Assembly: GCA_051546255.1 (NCBI GenBank)
Contig: CP128815.1
Span: 372,001 to 436,000 of the forward strand
Length of the DNA stretch: 64,000 bases
From: Meyerozyma guilliermondii
Lineage: Eukaryota
Direction of reading: 5' to 3'
Below the pieces are notes generated by a model. The model was not told the DNA's origin, made no database searches, and saw only the letters and a program-made list of their open reading frames with translations. The stretch's first letter is position 1; each line of letters starts with the position of its first letter. Both the position numbers and the translations under genes were made by a program. Shown in pieces: positions 32,664 to 43,182 of the stretch.

Positions 32664-34490
32664 CTAAGCCTCTTGCAAGAGCGAGTACCAGTTCATTTGT
32701 CCACTTGCCAATTGCATCCTTTTTTCGAGACTAGATAGCTGAAATTGGCTCGCATCCGCATCTTGCCAGTCGTCGTTGCTAAGGGAATAGATATCTTTGT
32801 TTTCGATGTTCCAATCAAAAAATCCCCGTTCCCTCATGTCCTGAATAAACCACCCTATACGTTCTGCTCCAAGCCTAGCACCATCCAAATTAGCTGAAGC
32901 TGGCCCAGTGCGTAGCCCGGCATACTTACCAACCATAAATAAAGGAACTTCATCGTTCCATTGCAAGTTGTCCGTGAGACATGGTAAACCATTAACCGTG
33001 CGGATAGGGTGAGACTCCATCAAGGATTTGAAACAAGGAAGAGCATGGATATCAGCTTGCATTCCAGTTGCAAAGCAAATATAATCCACTTCATCCAAGC
33101 TCCAAGTCCCTTGGTGCTTTTCGTTGAATCGAGGACGCCGTGAGGTCTCGTCCCGCGACTCGAGCCTTAAATCCCACTTATTCAATTCTGCATTCCACAG
33201 TTGATCCACGATGTTTGTATACATATGTACCTCTAATTTACCACTTTGGATGTGGTTCATGATAATCTTGTAGTATTCTGGGTTGACTGAGCCCCCCTCC
33301 CTTGCCTCCTGAATCATTTGGAAGCGCTCTTCGTCAGTATCTTTGAGATAAAATGACATCTTCTTGACGTTTCTAAACTTGGTAACCCAGTCCAAATGGA
33401 AATCAAAATGCTTGATTTTCAAATTACTTCTCAAGACGAGGTAGACTTTGCCAACACCTTCCTTTATCGCCGTGTCTGCAAGCTGAGCAGAAGTTAAACC
33501 GCCCCCAACAATGACAACTTTTGTTTGTTTTCCTTGCTTCACTTTCTTGATCAACTCTGGCGAAGGAAAGCAAACTTGCTTCTTGATAATATGTGAAGTG
33601 TGGCAGCTTCCATAAGGATAATGTGGAGCCTCCACAAAAGGGGCTATAGGATAAGCAGGTTTTCCTTCGTGCCCGCATGCGGTTATACATGCCTTGCAAC
33701 CGAATCTGTTGCCCGATTCAGTCTCGATTAAAAACCCTTTTCCTGTCTGATTGGTGTCAAGCATTTCAATGTAACCGTATTGAATATTCACAACTCGATC
33801 TTTCTTCACGATATCTTTGAGTTGGTACTTGTTGATGATATCGTGACAAAACTCGTGGAATAATTTTGTCGAGGGCCTGTAGTAGTCTTTCCAATCACGC
33901 ATATTAATATCGATTAATCCTGGTCTGTCATGATTGAAGTCGTCCTGTTCGCTAGGAGCGGGACACCTTTTTTCTTTCATTTTTTTCTTCGTGAGTTTCT
34001 TCAATTGGTGTTTTGAATACTCTTTACCTACCACATTCTTTATCTCTTTGAGATCCTTCTCTCGGCCATTCATATGCGAATAGGAAACCAACCCATCAAC
34101 ATTCTGCGGGTCAACATGAAAAAACATAGGGGATCTAAGGAAGGGAATACGAAAGGCTTCAAATTGACTATCCCATTGGGCCATAAATTTGTCTGAAAAT
34201 GCATCAAGGACTAACAAATCACTGGCTGCAAAATTTTTTTGAACATAGCGATCTGGTTTTTTGAGCATGCCATACTTGGTGTTTGATAGTCTACGCTTGA
34301 TAAGATCAACCTTAGCACCTCTATTATGCAACCAGTGAACTCTCTGGTGTTCGTCTTCAGTGAATATCGAAGCGGGACATCTTTCGCACAACCTTGCACA
34401 TACAGAGAGACCACATGTTCCGCCGCCAACGACAATTACTTCCTTGAAGGAATCTGAATGAATTTCAAACGTGGGCAATTCTTGTGACAT
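32664..34490 (-). CDS. FAD/NAD(P)-binding oxidoreductase of unknown substrate
   Basis: Two Rossmann motifs (VVGGGTCGL; IVGGGLTSAQ), LRSPMFFHVDP, FATG, GPASANLDGAR. Confidence 0.8.
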   Translation of the reverse strand: MSQELPTFEIHSDSFKEVIVVGGGTCGLSVCARLCERCPASIFTEDEHQRVHWLHNRGAKVDLIKRRLSNTKYGMLKKPDRYVQKNFAASDLLVLDAFSDKFMAQWDSQFEAFRIPFLRSPMFFHVDPQNVDGLVSYSHMNGREKDLKEIKNVVGKEYSKHQLKKLTKKKMKEKRCPAPSEQDDFNHDRPGLIDINMRDWKDYYRPSTKLFHEFCHDIINKYQLKDIVKKDRVVNIQYGYIEMLDTNQTGKGFLIETESGNRFGCKACITACGHEGKPAYPIAPFVEAPHYPYGSCHTSHIIKKQVCFPSPELIKKVKQGKQTKVVIVGGGLTSAQLADTAIKEGVGKVYLVLRSNLKIKHFDFHLDWVTKFRNVKKMSFYLKDTDEERFQMIQEAREGGSVNPEYYKIIMNHIQSGKLEVHMYTNIVDQLWNAELNKWDLRLESRDETSRRPRFNEKHQGTWSLDEVDYICFATGMQADIHALPCFKSLMESHPIRTVNGLPCLTDNLQWNDEVPLFMVGKYAGLRTGPASANLDGARLGAERIGWFIQDMRERGFFDWNIENKDIYSLSNDDWQDADASQFQLSSLEKRMQLASGQMNWYSLLQEA

Positions 34491-34623
34491 TGATGGGTAT
34501 CAACTCCCCCTCGGGCTCCACTTATGATATTGGGTCAGAACCACCAAGGTGACGACTGGAACTACTGCGGTTGGTAATGTGAGCAAATCGAATAAACTAG
34601 ATACAGAGGTCACGTTCAAGGCA

Positions 34624-36408
34624 TCAATAGCCGCTAACAAAGCCCTCGATCACACTGAGTAGTCCTAATGCACCCGGATCAGGAATTCCACCCTCTTCAC
34701 TTTTGAACTCTTTTTCATTGACATACGAAGCTCTTCCAAATTTGGCCTGTAATTTTTTGGTAGACTCGCATCCTTCTTTAGCCTTATCAACTGCTTTCTT
34801 AACATCACCATCTTCCCTTAACGAGTCGACAAATGGTTGCAAAGTGTCAATGAGAGTACGACCACCAGTGCGAGCTCTAGTATACTTGAATAAGCCATCG
34901 TACAATGCATCATAAAGCGCCTGACCCACTGCTTTAGAATTGAGTTCTTTTATAGTTTGCAAGTGTTTCACGAAAGCCGTCAAGAAAATTGAGTACAAGC
35001 CACCGGAGGTACCGCCCATACTGTCTTCAACTAACTCGGTGATCACTGACAACGTCGCTACTGGATCTGACAACCTTGATTTAAATTTCTCATCACTTTC
35101 CAAAGCATTCAATATAGCATTTGCTCCATCCACAAGAGTTTCACCACAATCACCATCACCCACTAGCGTGTCGTAATGAGTGATCTTTGGCTCCGTTTCC
35201 TTCAATTGCTTCAATGCACTTCTCAAGCCAGATTCAAACAGTTTGGGGTCCATTTTTATGTCACTGGTCACGACGTCTGTGTGGGCCATTGGAGAGTCGA
35301 TTTCTTCCGTAGAATCGTCCCAAGCTTTGGAGTCAAAAGTCTTGGGCTTCCAGCCTGGGGCATTTGTGGGTGCATCAATATATTTTAACACTTCGTCAGA
35401 TGATACACCAGCATCACCATTGGCGATATTAGACAAGTTAAGCAAGGTGATTGAAAAGCCGGGAGCGTTCAAGGAGGTAACGAAGTCACTGACTAGTACT
35501 CGTTTTGGCTTCTTGGACAATGGTAGATTCTTCATAATATGTTCCGTGATCGAATACATTTCCAATGTCGAAGTACCACCAATGTTGTTCACAAGAAGAA
35601 CGTAGTCATCCTTCTCAAGATCAAAATTGACGTAATGACGGTCTTTGTCTTCTGGGGACAACAACTTGTGGAACATATCTTTGATAAGCTCATCAATGTT
35701 AGGTATGGGAGACATCTTTTCACCAGGTTCGTTGTGGATTCCTAATCCAAGTTCTGCTTCATTTTCACCAGTAAATTCAATCTCCTCATGTGCCTTTCCT
35801 GGGACAGAAGTGCGGTCTAAGGAAGCGCCAAGAGTCACCAAGTTGCTATTCACTGCCTGACCCAATTTGAAAACATCCTCCAAATCGGCACCAGTTGCAG
35901 CCAATCCACCAGTGATCTTGTGAACCAAAGCTGTGCCAGCCAACGCCCTTCTACCTACCATTTCGTTCTGTTTTCTGCCAACTGCAACATCGTCTGTGAC
36001 TGATAAGAGTTCCACTTTGTATCCTTCGCTCTTAGCCCTTTCGACAACCAAGCCAAAGTGCAAAACATCTCCCGTATAGTTTTTCACAATGATCAAAGTA
36101 CCCTTTTTCTTGTCTGATTTGGTTTTCACCGCCGCCATAATTTGCTTAGTAGAAGGAGATGCAAATATAGAGCCACTGACAGCAGCATCAAGAAGATTAT
36201 CTCCAACGTAACCAGCATGCAAAGGTTCGTGGCCACCGCCACCACCGCTGATCAATGTGACTTTGGATTTGGTATCGGAGGTTTTGCTGAAAAGTACCTT
36301 TTCCAGAGGAATCAAAGAAACTGTGGGGTTTGAAGCTGCCAAACCGCGGAGATGAGTCAAAGTCAAATCTTCATCTTTCCCGTATTTCCAATGCTTTGCT
36401 AGCGTCAT
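34624..36408 (-). CDS. Dihydroxyacetone kinase (DAK1/DAK2 family)
   Basis: ISGGGGGHEP, IVKNYTGD, GLGIHNEPG, GDGDCG, MGGTSG, GRASY, PDPGA. Confidence 0.95.
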   Translation of the reverse strand: MTLAKHWKYGKDEDLTLTHLRGLAASNPTVSLIPLEKVLFSKTSDTKSKVTLISGGGGGHEPLHAGYVGDNLLDAAVSGSIFASPSTKQIMAAVKTKSDKKKGTLIIVKNYTGDVLHFGLVVERAKSEGYKVELLSVTDDVAVGRKQNEMVGRRALAGTALVHKITGGLAATGADLEDVFKLGQAVNSNLVTLGASLDRTSVPGKAHEEIEFTGENEAELGLGIHNEPGEKMSPIPNIDELIKDMFHKLLSPEDKDRHYVNFDLEKDDYVLLVNNIGGTSTLEMYSITEHIMKNLPLSKKPKRVLVSDFVTSLNAPGFSITLLNLSNIANGDAGVSSDEVLKYIDAPTNAPGWKPKTFDSKAWDDSTEEIDSPMAHTDVVTSDIKMDPKLFESGLRSALKQLKETEPKITHYDTLVGDGDCGETLVDGANAILNALESDEKFKSRLSDPVATLSVITELVEDSMGGTSGGLYSIFLTAFVKHLQTIKELNSKAVGQALYDALYDGLFKYTRARTGGRTLIDTLQPFVDSLREDGDVKKAVDKAKEGCESTKKLQAKFGRASYVNEKEFKSEEGGIPDPGALGLLSVIEGFVSGY

Positions 36409-37032
36409 TTTTAGTTCAGTATTTGAAAATTGAGTAAGAATCTACAATTGGGCAGATGTAAAGCTTTCCCGAAGCGCCCTGTCCCTTATATATCTACTTG
36501 AAGCTATTATGCAGGCACACGAGTAGGCTGAGGTCTGATTGCTCGGCACAAGAAAAGACTAGCGGCCCTGAAAAAAAAGGCACAAAAATATTCTAATTGC
36601 CTTGGGAAAGCACAACAATTTTCATGCTTTCTTTGAGTACTGTCACACAAATAATTGACCTTGTGGCAGTAGTCGAACGTTGCAAGCCCCCACCGACAAT
36701 TGCAATCGAGGCCCCCACCAAAAACCCTTGAAAAGGGGAGGGGTGCGCCCCCACCACCCGCCGTAGCGAGGCGCCGCTCGTAAATTAGCCGCCATTAGCC
36801 GCAACCACAAGCGCGCGTACGCAAACCGCTGGAAAACCCAAATCGGACCACCCCCAGCGACTGCATACAACAGCCGCTATCTCCTGCCGAATCGGTCACG
36901 CAGCTCATCGGAACCTATAGCTTTGGAGATCCCATATCTCGTATTATATACTAGAATTGGAACTTGGTGCACCAGGACAATAACTCTACTTGCACAGGAA
37001 GGTCTAGCTTCCATTGGGTTGATTTTTTGACG

Positions 37033-39693
37033 ATGGAAGATGATGTTAAGAAGCCTACAAGCAGCACAAACCAAAATGTGGATGAAGCCAATCAACCATT
37101 GACGCAGCATAATGGAGTAAAAAGATCCAAAACTTTTGTGGGGTGTTTCACGTGTCGGTTCAGAAAGGTGAGGTGTGACTTGAGGCGTCCAGCATGCAAC
37201 AATTGCTTGAAAGCTGAGGTGATATGTGCCGGATACGACATCAAGCTTCGATGGTTGGAGCCAGCAATATTTGACACCGGAGGACGAAAACGTAACAAAA
37301 GCACGGCTGATGGTCCCAGTAAGCGAGTAGACGTGGGTTCGAAAGGCGTCGATGAGGCAACTCCAGATATTTTTCACCGGCGCCATGTTGGGTTTGTGCG
37401 ATGGGAAGGCCAGGACGAAGACCATCGACCTTACTTGTCGTACGACGATATGGATCGCGATTTGAAGATACTACACAACTCTGTGAACGATCCTATGGTG
37501 CATGGGAAACTGAAGACGAAACTTTTGGGGCCCTTTGGTGTTTTTGATGGCACCAAAGTAAGCTCGGCCGAGCCATCAGCTCCAGCTGTCGAATCTAAAG
37601 GAAAGCCAAGAAATAAGGAAGTTCTGGCTGTGGAACCCGTGGCTGATTCTGTGGCTAATTCTGTTGCTTCTGTTGCTAATTCAGTCGCTAATTCAGTTGC
37701 TAACTCAGTTAACACAGTTGCGAACACAGTTGTCGCTGAACAAAATCACGACCAACTTTGGCTTTCCAACGAATTGCGAGACGACGCTTTGCTTACCGCA
37801 GCCGCCTTGAACGGAGACTCGCATTTCCTTGACTTTATCACGGGCATTGGCCAAAACGACTTATCGGATCTTGGAAACACTTCCAACTACAACTTGGCCA
37901 ACGACAACGAATTTCTCAATTTGGTGTTTCATCGAAACCACAACGCTTTTCCAGGTGCTGAAAATGCTCAGCTTCTCGATACCGAGCATGCTAGCTTCAT
38001 GGACCAGCCTGGGGTGCACTCGAATTATTCCAACTACAATAATTACTTCTACAGCAACCCATACCAGCTCAACGAGAGTCTTGAGATTCATTTGCATGCC
38101 TCAAAAGCATCAACAACAAACGACGACGATGATTCCTCGAGTTTGGTAGAAGGTGATAGCATGAACTTGACACAAATGCCCGCAAGTATAATGAGTATAG
38201 TTCAGGCTCCATTACAGCCCAAGCTCATCGCAGCGCTTTCGATTCCAGATTCTCTGGCGGGTATCCCAAGTACAGCTCTACAAGTGCAACCTTTGACAAG
38301 GTACCTCCTCAACTACTATGTGACCCAGGTAGCTGATCTCATGACTGTTATTCCATTGACGGAAAATCCCTGGAAAATGATCTACTTTCCTCGGGCGCTC
38401 ATGGCTATAGGCGAGCTTCTGGCATTGGGGAAGACATCCGATGCCAAAAATGCCCTTTTGAATGCCTTACTCGCTGTGCTGGCGTTCAATTTGCAATCAA
38501 AGTTCCCGAAAAACTCCGAGTCCATGAAGTTTTATCTTAATCTCGGGATCAGACTTCGCAACCAAGCCAGTCTTTTCGTGAAAAATTTATTGGGGTCCCA
38601 TAGTGATTCCAAAGCCGGCATTGAGCATTGTGTCAACAACGAAAAGTACAAGGATGTGCTTTGTGCGGTGATGTCTATGATCTCGGTAGACTTGGTTTGG
38701 GGAACAATGCAAGACACCAACTTCTACATCAAGTGGTGCGGCCGAGTTATCAGTGCGAAGATGATAACCAAGAAAAAGCTTTCTTCCAAAGCACGAGTGC
38801 TCCACCGCATTTTCCTGTCGCTCAAGTTGATCCAGGACCTGACATGCCTTGATCTCCAAAACATCCAGGACGATTTTACCCAGCTTTCCAAGAGCGGCTA
38901 CGACATCAACGGCGATCAGTACGACACCAATAACCGCAAAGATAAAGGAACCATAGATTTTATCATCAATAGCGGAGATCGGAACTTGCGACTAGCGGGT
39001 GGAAGTGAAACCAAACAGAACTCGCCGCTGTTTGTCAACAAAAAGCTCATCAATACCATGAAGAAGGACGAAAATTTTGCAACCGATGCACTTTATGGGC
39101 TCCCCAACTCACTCATTGTGCTCTTCAGCCATGTGGTTCTGCTTGTTCGGACCAAAATCTACTATACCGAGAGCAACAAACCGCTTCCAGACGACCTAGG
39201 AGATAAAGTAGAAAAGGTTGACCAAGGTCTTTGCAACTGGCAAGTCGACTGGAAGCTCTTCACCATCCAAGGAGATGAAAAAAAATTCACCAGTCCCATG
39301 CACGAAGTCACGTATCACCATATCATGTCATTCTACCATGCGCTACGAATATATTTCAGTCGGCTTGTCAAAGGAGTCAAGCCGGCAGAAATACAGCACC
39401 ATGTAGAGAAAACATTGAATCATCTCAATGCGATTCAAAGTCTCATAAAAAAAGGCGATGCGTCTATCATTCCGCTCTTTTGGCAAGGATTCATTGCTGG
39501 GTGTGAAGCACTCACGTCGGAGCTACAATTGGGGTTCAAGAAATGGGGTGCTGATATAGCACAGTACTTGGGTAGTTACTGGGGAGCGCGGCAGATCATG
39601 TTGGAGGTTTGGCGAAGAAAAAAGGTGAAGGAGACAAGAGACGACTGGGTCAGTGTGATCAAGGATTGGGAAATGAACTTGATGTTGGATTGA
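37033..39693 (+). CDS. Zn(II)2Cys6 transcription factor, Arg81/Arg83-like
   Basis: KTFVGCFTCRFRKVRCDL...C.GYDIKLRW, LLGPFGVF, YWGARQIMLEVWRR typical of Arg81 family; first ATG at 37033. Confidence 0.85.
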   Translation: MEDDVKKPTSSTNQNVDEANQPLTQHNGVKRSKTFVGCFTCRFRKVRCDLRRPACNNCLKAEVICAGYDIKLRWLEPAIFDTGGRKRNKSTADGPSKRVDVGSKGVDEATPDIFHRRHVGFVRWEGQDEDHRPYLSYDDMDRDLKILHNSVNDPMVHGKLKTKLLGPFGVFDGTKVSSAEPSAPAVESKGKPRNKEVLAVEPVADSVANSVASVANSVANSVANSVNTVANTVVAEQNHDQLWLSNELRDDALLTAAALNGDSHFLDFITGIGQNDLSDLGNTSNYNLANDNEFLNLVFHRNHNAFPGAENAQLLDTEHASFMDQPGVHSNYSNYNNYFYSNPYQLNESLEIHLHASKASTTNDDDDSSSLVEGDSMNLTQMPASIMSIVQAPLQPKLIAALSIPDSLAGIPSTALQVQPLTRYLLNYYVTQVADLMTVIPLTENPWKMIYFPRALMAIGELLALGKTSDAKNALLNALLAVLAFNLQSKFPKNSESMKFYLNLGIRLRNQASLFVKNLLGSHSDSKAGIEHCVNNEKYKDVLCAVMSMISVDLVWGTMQDTNFYIKWCGRVISAKMITKKKLSSKARVLHRIFLSLKLIQDLTCLDLQNIQDDFTQLSKSGYDINGDQYDTNNRKDKGTIDFIINSGDRNLRLAGGSETKQNSPLFVNKKLINTMKKDENFATDALYGLPNSLIVLFSHVVLLVRTKIYYTESNKPLPDDLGDKVEKVDQGLCNWQVDWKLFTIQGDEKKFTSPMHEVTYHHIMSFYHALRIYFSRLVKGVKPAEIQHHVEKTLNHLNAIQSLIKKGDASIIPLFWQGFIAGCEALTSELQLGFKKWGADIAQYLGSYWGARQIMLEVWRRKKVKETRDDWVSVIKDWEMNLMLD
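37639..37737 (+). repeat. Coding 12-nt tandem repeat (VANS)n in Arg81-like protein
   Basis: VADSVANSVASVANSVANSVANSVNTVANTV with divergent codons. Confidence 0.75.
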
Positions 39694-39935
39694 ACCAATA
39701 AAAAAAAAAAGAAAGTACTGGTTAGTACTTACAAGAAGATGTACAGAGGATGTACAAGATGTACTGGAAGTACTTGAGGAAGCCAGCAAGAATTTCACGA
39801 GAAAGACCAACACAAGAAAGCACTTACAGAAAGCACTTACAATAGTGTACAAGAAGCACTTACAAGAAGAAAGCTCGAATCAAAATTATTTTTCACTTCA
39901 TTTTCGCAGCCGGTTTGCAACCTCTTGGCGAGATA

Positions 39936-40360
39936 CGCGAAAACGCCATATCGCGGCTTTTGGGGCCCAATATCGCGGCTGCCAGGGGTCCGGGTCCCGA
40001 TATGTCGCGTCAACAAACTATTCCAAATTTTCCGTCCCGTCATCGTTTTGCGGTTAGCATCTCTGCTCGTTTCATTGTCGCATTCTTGTGCCTGCGCGCG
40101 AAGGTGCCTGTGTGGGGGCGCGTTTCGCGAATGTTTGCAAACAAAAGACGTTTACACAACAAACAACGCGTTTTCCCTGGTGGTTTTTTTCGCGTGCCAC
40201 CGCCTTGGAGGCGCCCACATCACTGCAGCTTCCTTGTCTCAGCCTGGGACGCGTCCCACGAACGCGTACGCACCTCGCAAGGGGGTGGAATACGGACACC
40301 GCGTTTGCAGCAATTTTCATCTTTGGTACCGAATCGCGATCCATATGGAAAAAGTATAAA
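39936..40360. promoter_or_regulatory. Cluster of MCB (ACGCGT) and SCB-like (CGCGAAA) boxes plus TATA
   Basis: ACGCGT at 40166, 40249, 40262; CGCGAAA/TTTCGCG at 39936, 40123, 40188; TATAAA at 40355. Confidence 0.6.
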
Positions 40361-40435
40361 GGGGACCGGTAAGCCCCTTGGATCTTGTCATTCACATCTT
40401 TCCACTCGTTTTCATTACAAACTCATACATTCATT

Positions 40436-41119
40436 ATGCAATACACCGTTTTATCTGCTTTGGGTTTGGCTTCTATGGTCGCCGCTAAGTCCACCATCAC
40501 TGCCGTCGACACCGTCACCGAACACCATACCACCGATGTCACCGTCACCCACTGCTCGCACGACGCTTGCTCCACCACCGTCCAGGCTCACACCCAGACT
40601 GTTGTCACCGAAACCGTCAATGGTGTCAAGACCGTTTACACCACCGTTTGCCCTCTCACCGAAGAGGCATCCACCGTGGCCCCCGCTTCCACCTTGGCTC
40701 CGGCTTCCACTGTTGAAGAAGAGATTGTGACTGCCACCCTCACCACCACCGTCAACGGCGAGGAAACCGTCTACACCACCGTGTGCCCTGCATCTGAGCT
40801 TCCTGCCACCACTGCTCCTGGCTCATCAGCTCCAGCCACTACTGCTCCTGCTCCTGGAACTAAGGCCCCAGTGCCAGCTCCTGCTGAAGAGTCCGACTCG
40901 GATATCACCTACGTCGACGTCACCGAGACTCCTACCGTCTACGAGACCACCGGTGTCGAGGCCACCATCACCTCTCAGGCCACCCTCACCTCGTACTACA
41001 ACTCTGCTGCATCCAATAGCACCGTTGCTGGTGTTAACACTTTCGAGGCCAAGGCTGCTGGCCAAAAGGCTATGCTTGGTGCTGCCGGATTTGCTGGGTT
41101 GGCTGCTGTCTTGTTGTAG
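40436..41119 (+). CDS. GPI-anchored Thr-rich cell wall protein with flocculin type-3 repeats (Pga59/Pga62-like)
   Basis: Signal peptide, repeats T.TVNG..TVYTTVCP, hydrophobic C-terminal GPI signal; strong codon bias; ATG at 40436. Confidence 0.88.
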   Translation: MQYTVLSALGLASMVAAKSTITAVDTVTEHHTTDVTVTHCSHDACSTTVQAHTQTVVTETVNGVKTVYTTVCPLTEEASTVAPASTLAPASTVEEEIVTATLTTTVNGEETVYTTVCPASELPATTAPGSSAPATTAPAPGTKAPVPAPAEESDSDITYVDVTETPTVYETTGVEATITSQATLTSYYNSAASNSTVAGVNTFEAKAAGQKAMLGAAGFAGLAAVLL

Positions 41120-41310
41120 ATATAACATCGGGAATGTTTAATAAATGGTAATTGGTTTTCTCACTTGTAATCGCGGCTGCTGATCAACTAACCAGTCTGT
41201 GTTCTATCACTATTGAACTGCTATGTTCTCCTTAATCTCTGTTCGAAACATTCATGCTTATTTCTCTACTTTCGTCCATACTTATGTCTAATGTTCTATT
41301 CATATATACA

Positions 41311-42900
41311 TCATGTACCGTAATCCACAAACAATGGCGATTGCGTGTAGTAGTCCCACTCGGGGTCCACTCCAATGAAAATCTTCCACGCCTTGGCGGC
41401 TATCACCACCGCATACTGGTAAAGCAAAATAGGAAGTTTGTAGTAGCTACTAAGCACAAACTTCAAAGCGTCCATCACCTCGTCGAAAGAAGCCTTACAC
41501 TCTTCTTTGAATGTCCTCTTCTTTTTGGGAGTGGGCTTCACAATTTTGGGTTTTTGAGGCGCTGCTCTCTTCACTTCTGGTGCCGGTGCCGCAGGAATGT
41601 TCGGTGTCGAGAAGAATGGGAAGTCAAACTTCTTACTTCCAGGGGTCTCGTAATTACCTGGTTGGGTTTTACCCTTGCGAACGTCTTCCAAGTGATCCAA
41701 GTACATTTGTTTGAACTTGTCAATGGCGTCTATGGACTTGGATAGACGCTCAAATGTATTGAACAAAGCCACCAATTCAATTCTTCTGAATTTAAGCTGA
41801 GCTTGGTTATCGTTCTCGAACAAGATCTTCATGGCGGTACCGTAGCCAATGGTCTGTAACTTACCCCACATGCGGCACCGGTCACATCCCACACAGTCCA
41901 TAATGGCACTGACATTTTTGAACCTGGCACGGAACTCTTCTTTGAGAGTAGGGACGTTTTTAAACAACGAGGATGTGTCGAAAAGTTCATTCTCTCCCAA
42001 TTTGGAGACAACTTGCGACACCAACAGCGAGTACTCATCGCGGATAGCGGCGTCTTTGTTGGCGAGAAGCAGTTGCTCCGACTCGTCCGACGCCAACTTT
42101 GCGATGGGGATCATTTCCGCCAACCGCACAATCAGCTGACTGACAAGAGCATAGTTGAAAAAAACGTTCGACAAACGATCGTTGAACGAGCCCACTCTTT
42201 CCATGAACACCGACAAGTCCGGATAGAAGTCACCAGAAGGCAGCAAGTACTCGTTCGACAAATGCACCGAGATGGACGAGTGCATTCCCGAAATCATTCT
42301 GTAGAATAGGTTTTTTTCCACACACAGCTCGGGCGACCCGTTTTCTGTCATCGACATCGGGTTGGTGTTGGGGAAGCAATTTTCGGCATAGATAGCATGC
42401 CAGACATCATGAGCCTGGGCACCTCCGTAACCTGTAAAACGCTCAGGATTTTCCACCAAGTCGACAAACACACAGTGGTGGTCGTCGTCTATGTGGCAAT
42501 AGTCCAAATCTTCACAAGTTTCCGAGTTATCGTCGGAAGCACCCGTGGCACTAGGACGGTTGATCTGGCCGAGTTTCAGCGGTTGGTGTTCGCTGGACAC
42601 ATCTGTCCAATTAAACTCGGGAAGAACCTCCACAGCACAGTTTTCCGTGACACAGAAGTGCTGGGCATCCCAGAACCGGCACTGTTTGTCGAGGTCGAGT
42701 TTGAAGTACCGGAAGTAAGGCATCTTGGTAAGACTCAAGACAAGAGGCCGTACTGCCTGGTTGAGGCTGCTGATGTAGGATAATGTGGTATTACATGACA
42801 GGGTGATGTTTTGGGAGCAAAATTCGGGAGTTCCGAGTGGACTGAAGGTGGCAAACACCGAAAGCCAAAAGAAACTTAGGAGGATAACAGACCTTAACAT
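41311..42900 (-). CDS. ERO1: ER thiol oxidase Ero1
   Basis: Signal peptide from ATG 42900, NPERFTGY, ISGMHSSI, MDCVGCDRCRMWGKLQ. Confidence 0.95.
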   Translation of the reverse strand: MLRSVILLSFFWLSVFATFSPLGTPEFCSQNITLSCNTTLSYISSLNQAVRPLVLSLTKMPYFRYFKLDLDKQCRFWDAQHFCVTENCAVEVLPEFNWTDVSSEHQPLKLGQINRPSATGASDDNSETCEDLDYCHIDDDHHCVFVDLVENPERFTGYGGAQAHDVWHAIYAENCFPNTNPMSMTENGSPELCVEKNLFYRMISGMHSSISVHLSNEYLLPSGDFYPDLSVFMERVGSFNDRLSNVFFNYALVSQLIVRLAEMIPIAKLASDESEQLLLANKDAAIRDEYSLLVSQVVSKLGENELFDTSSLFKNVPTLKEEFRARFKNVSAIMDCVGCDRCRMWGKLQTIGYGTAMKILFENDNQAQLKFRRIELVALFNTFERLSKSIDAIDKFKQMYLDHLEDVRKGKTQPGNYETPGSKKFDFPFFSTPNIPAAPAPEVKRAAPQKPKIVKPTPKKKRTFKEECKASFDEVMDALKFVLSSYYKLPILLYQYAVVIAAKAWKIFIGVDPEWDYYTQSPLFVDYGT

Positions 42901-43182
42901 GAAATGGTGTGGCACACTAAAAAAAATGAGAATGCTCTATGCGACCAGAACCTGAAAAAAATTAGGTGTTATTGTCAACGGATGATTTATATAATGCTGT
43001 CTGGAATATTCTTGCAACCGCTGATGAATAAGCCCACGCCTGCATATAGAACCGATGGGTACTGCATACAACCCGAGGACACGTCAACGCGCGCGTAGTT
43101 TTATTGTGTGATCCGTAGATATTAGCTTTTCATAGTGTATAGTTCTTTTAGTCTATAGCTCTTACTCTAAATTATATTGTAG

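Noticed and set aside
39915..40730. 271-aa ORF and other frames over the GPI-gene promoter
   Set aside because: Non-ATG start, GC-rich promoter sequence, and out-of-frame overlap with the real cell-wall gene.
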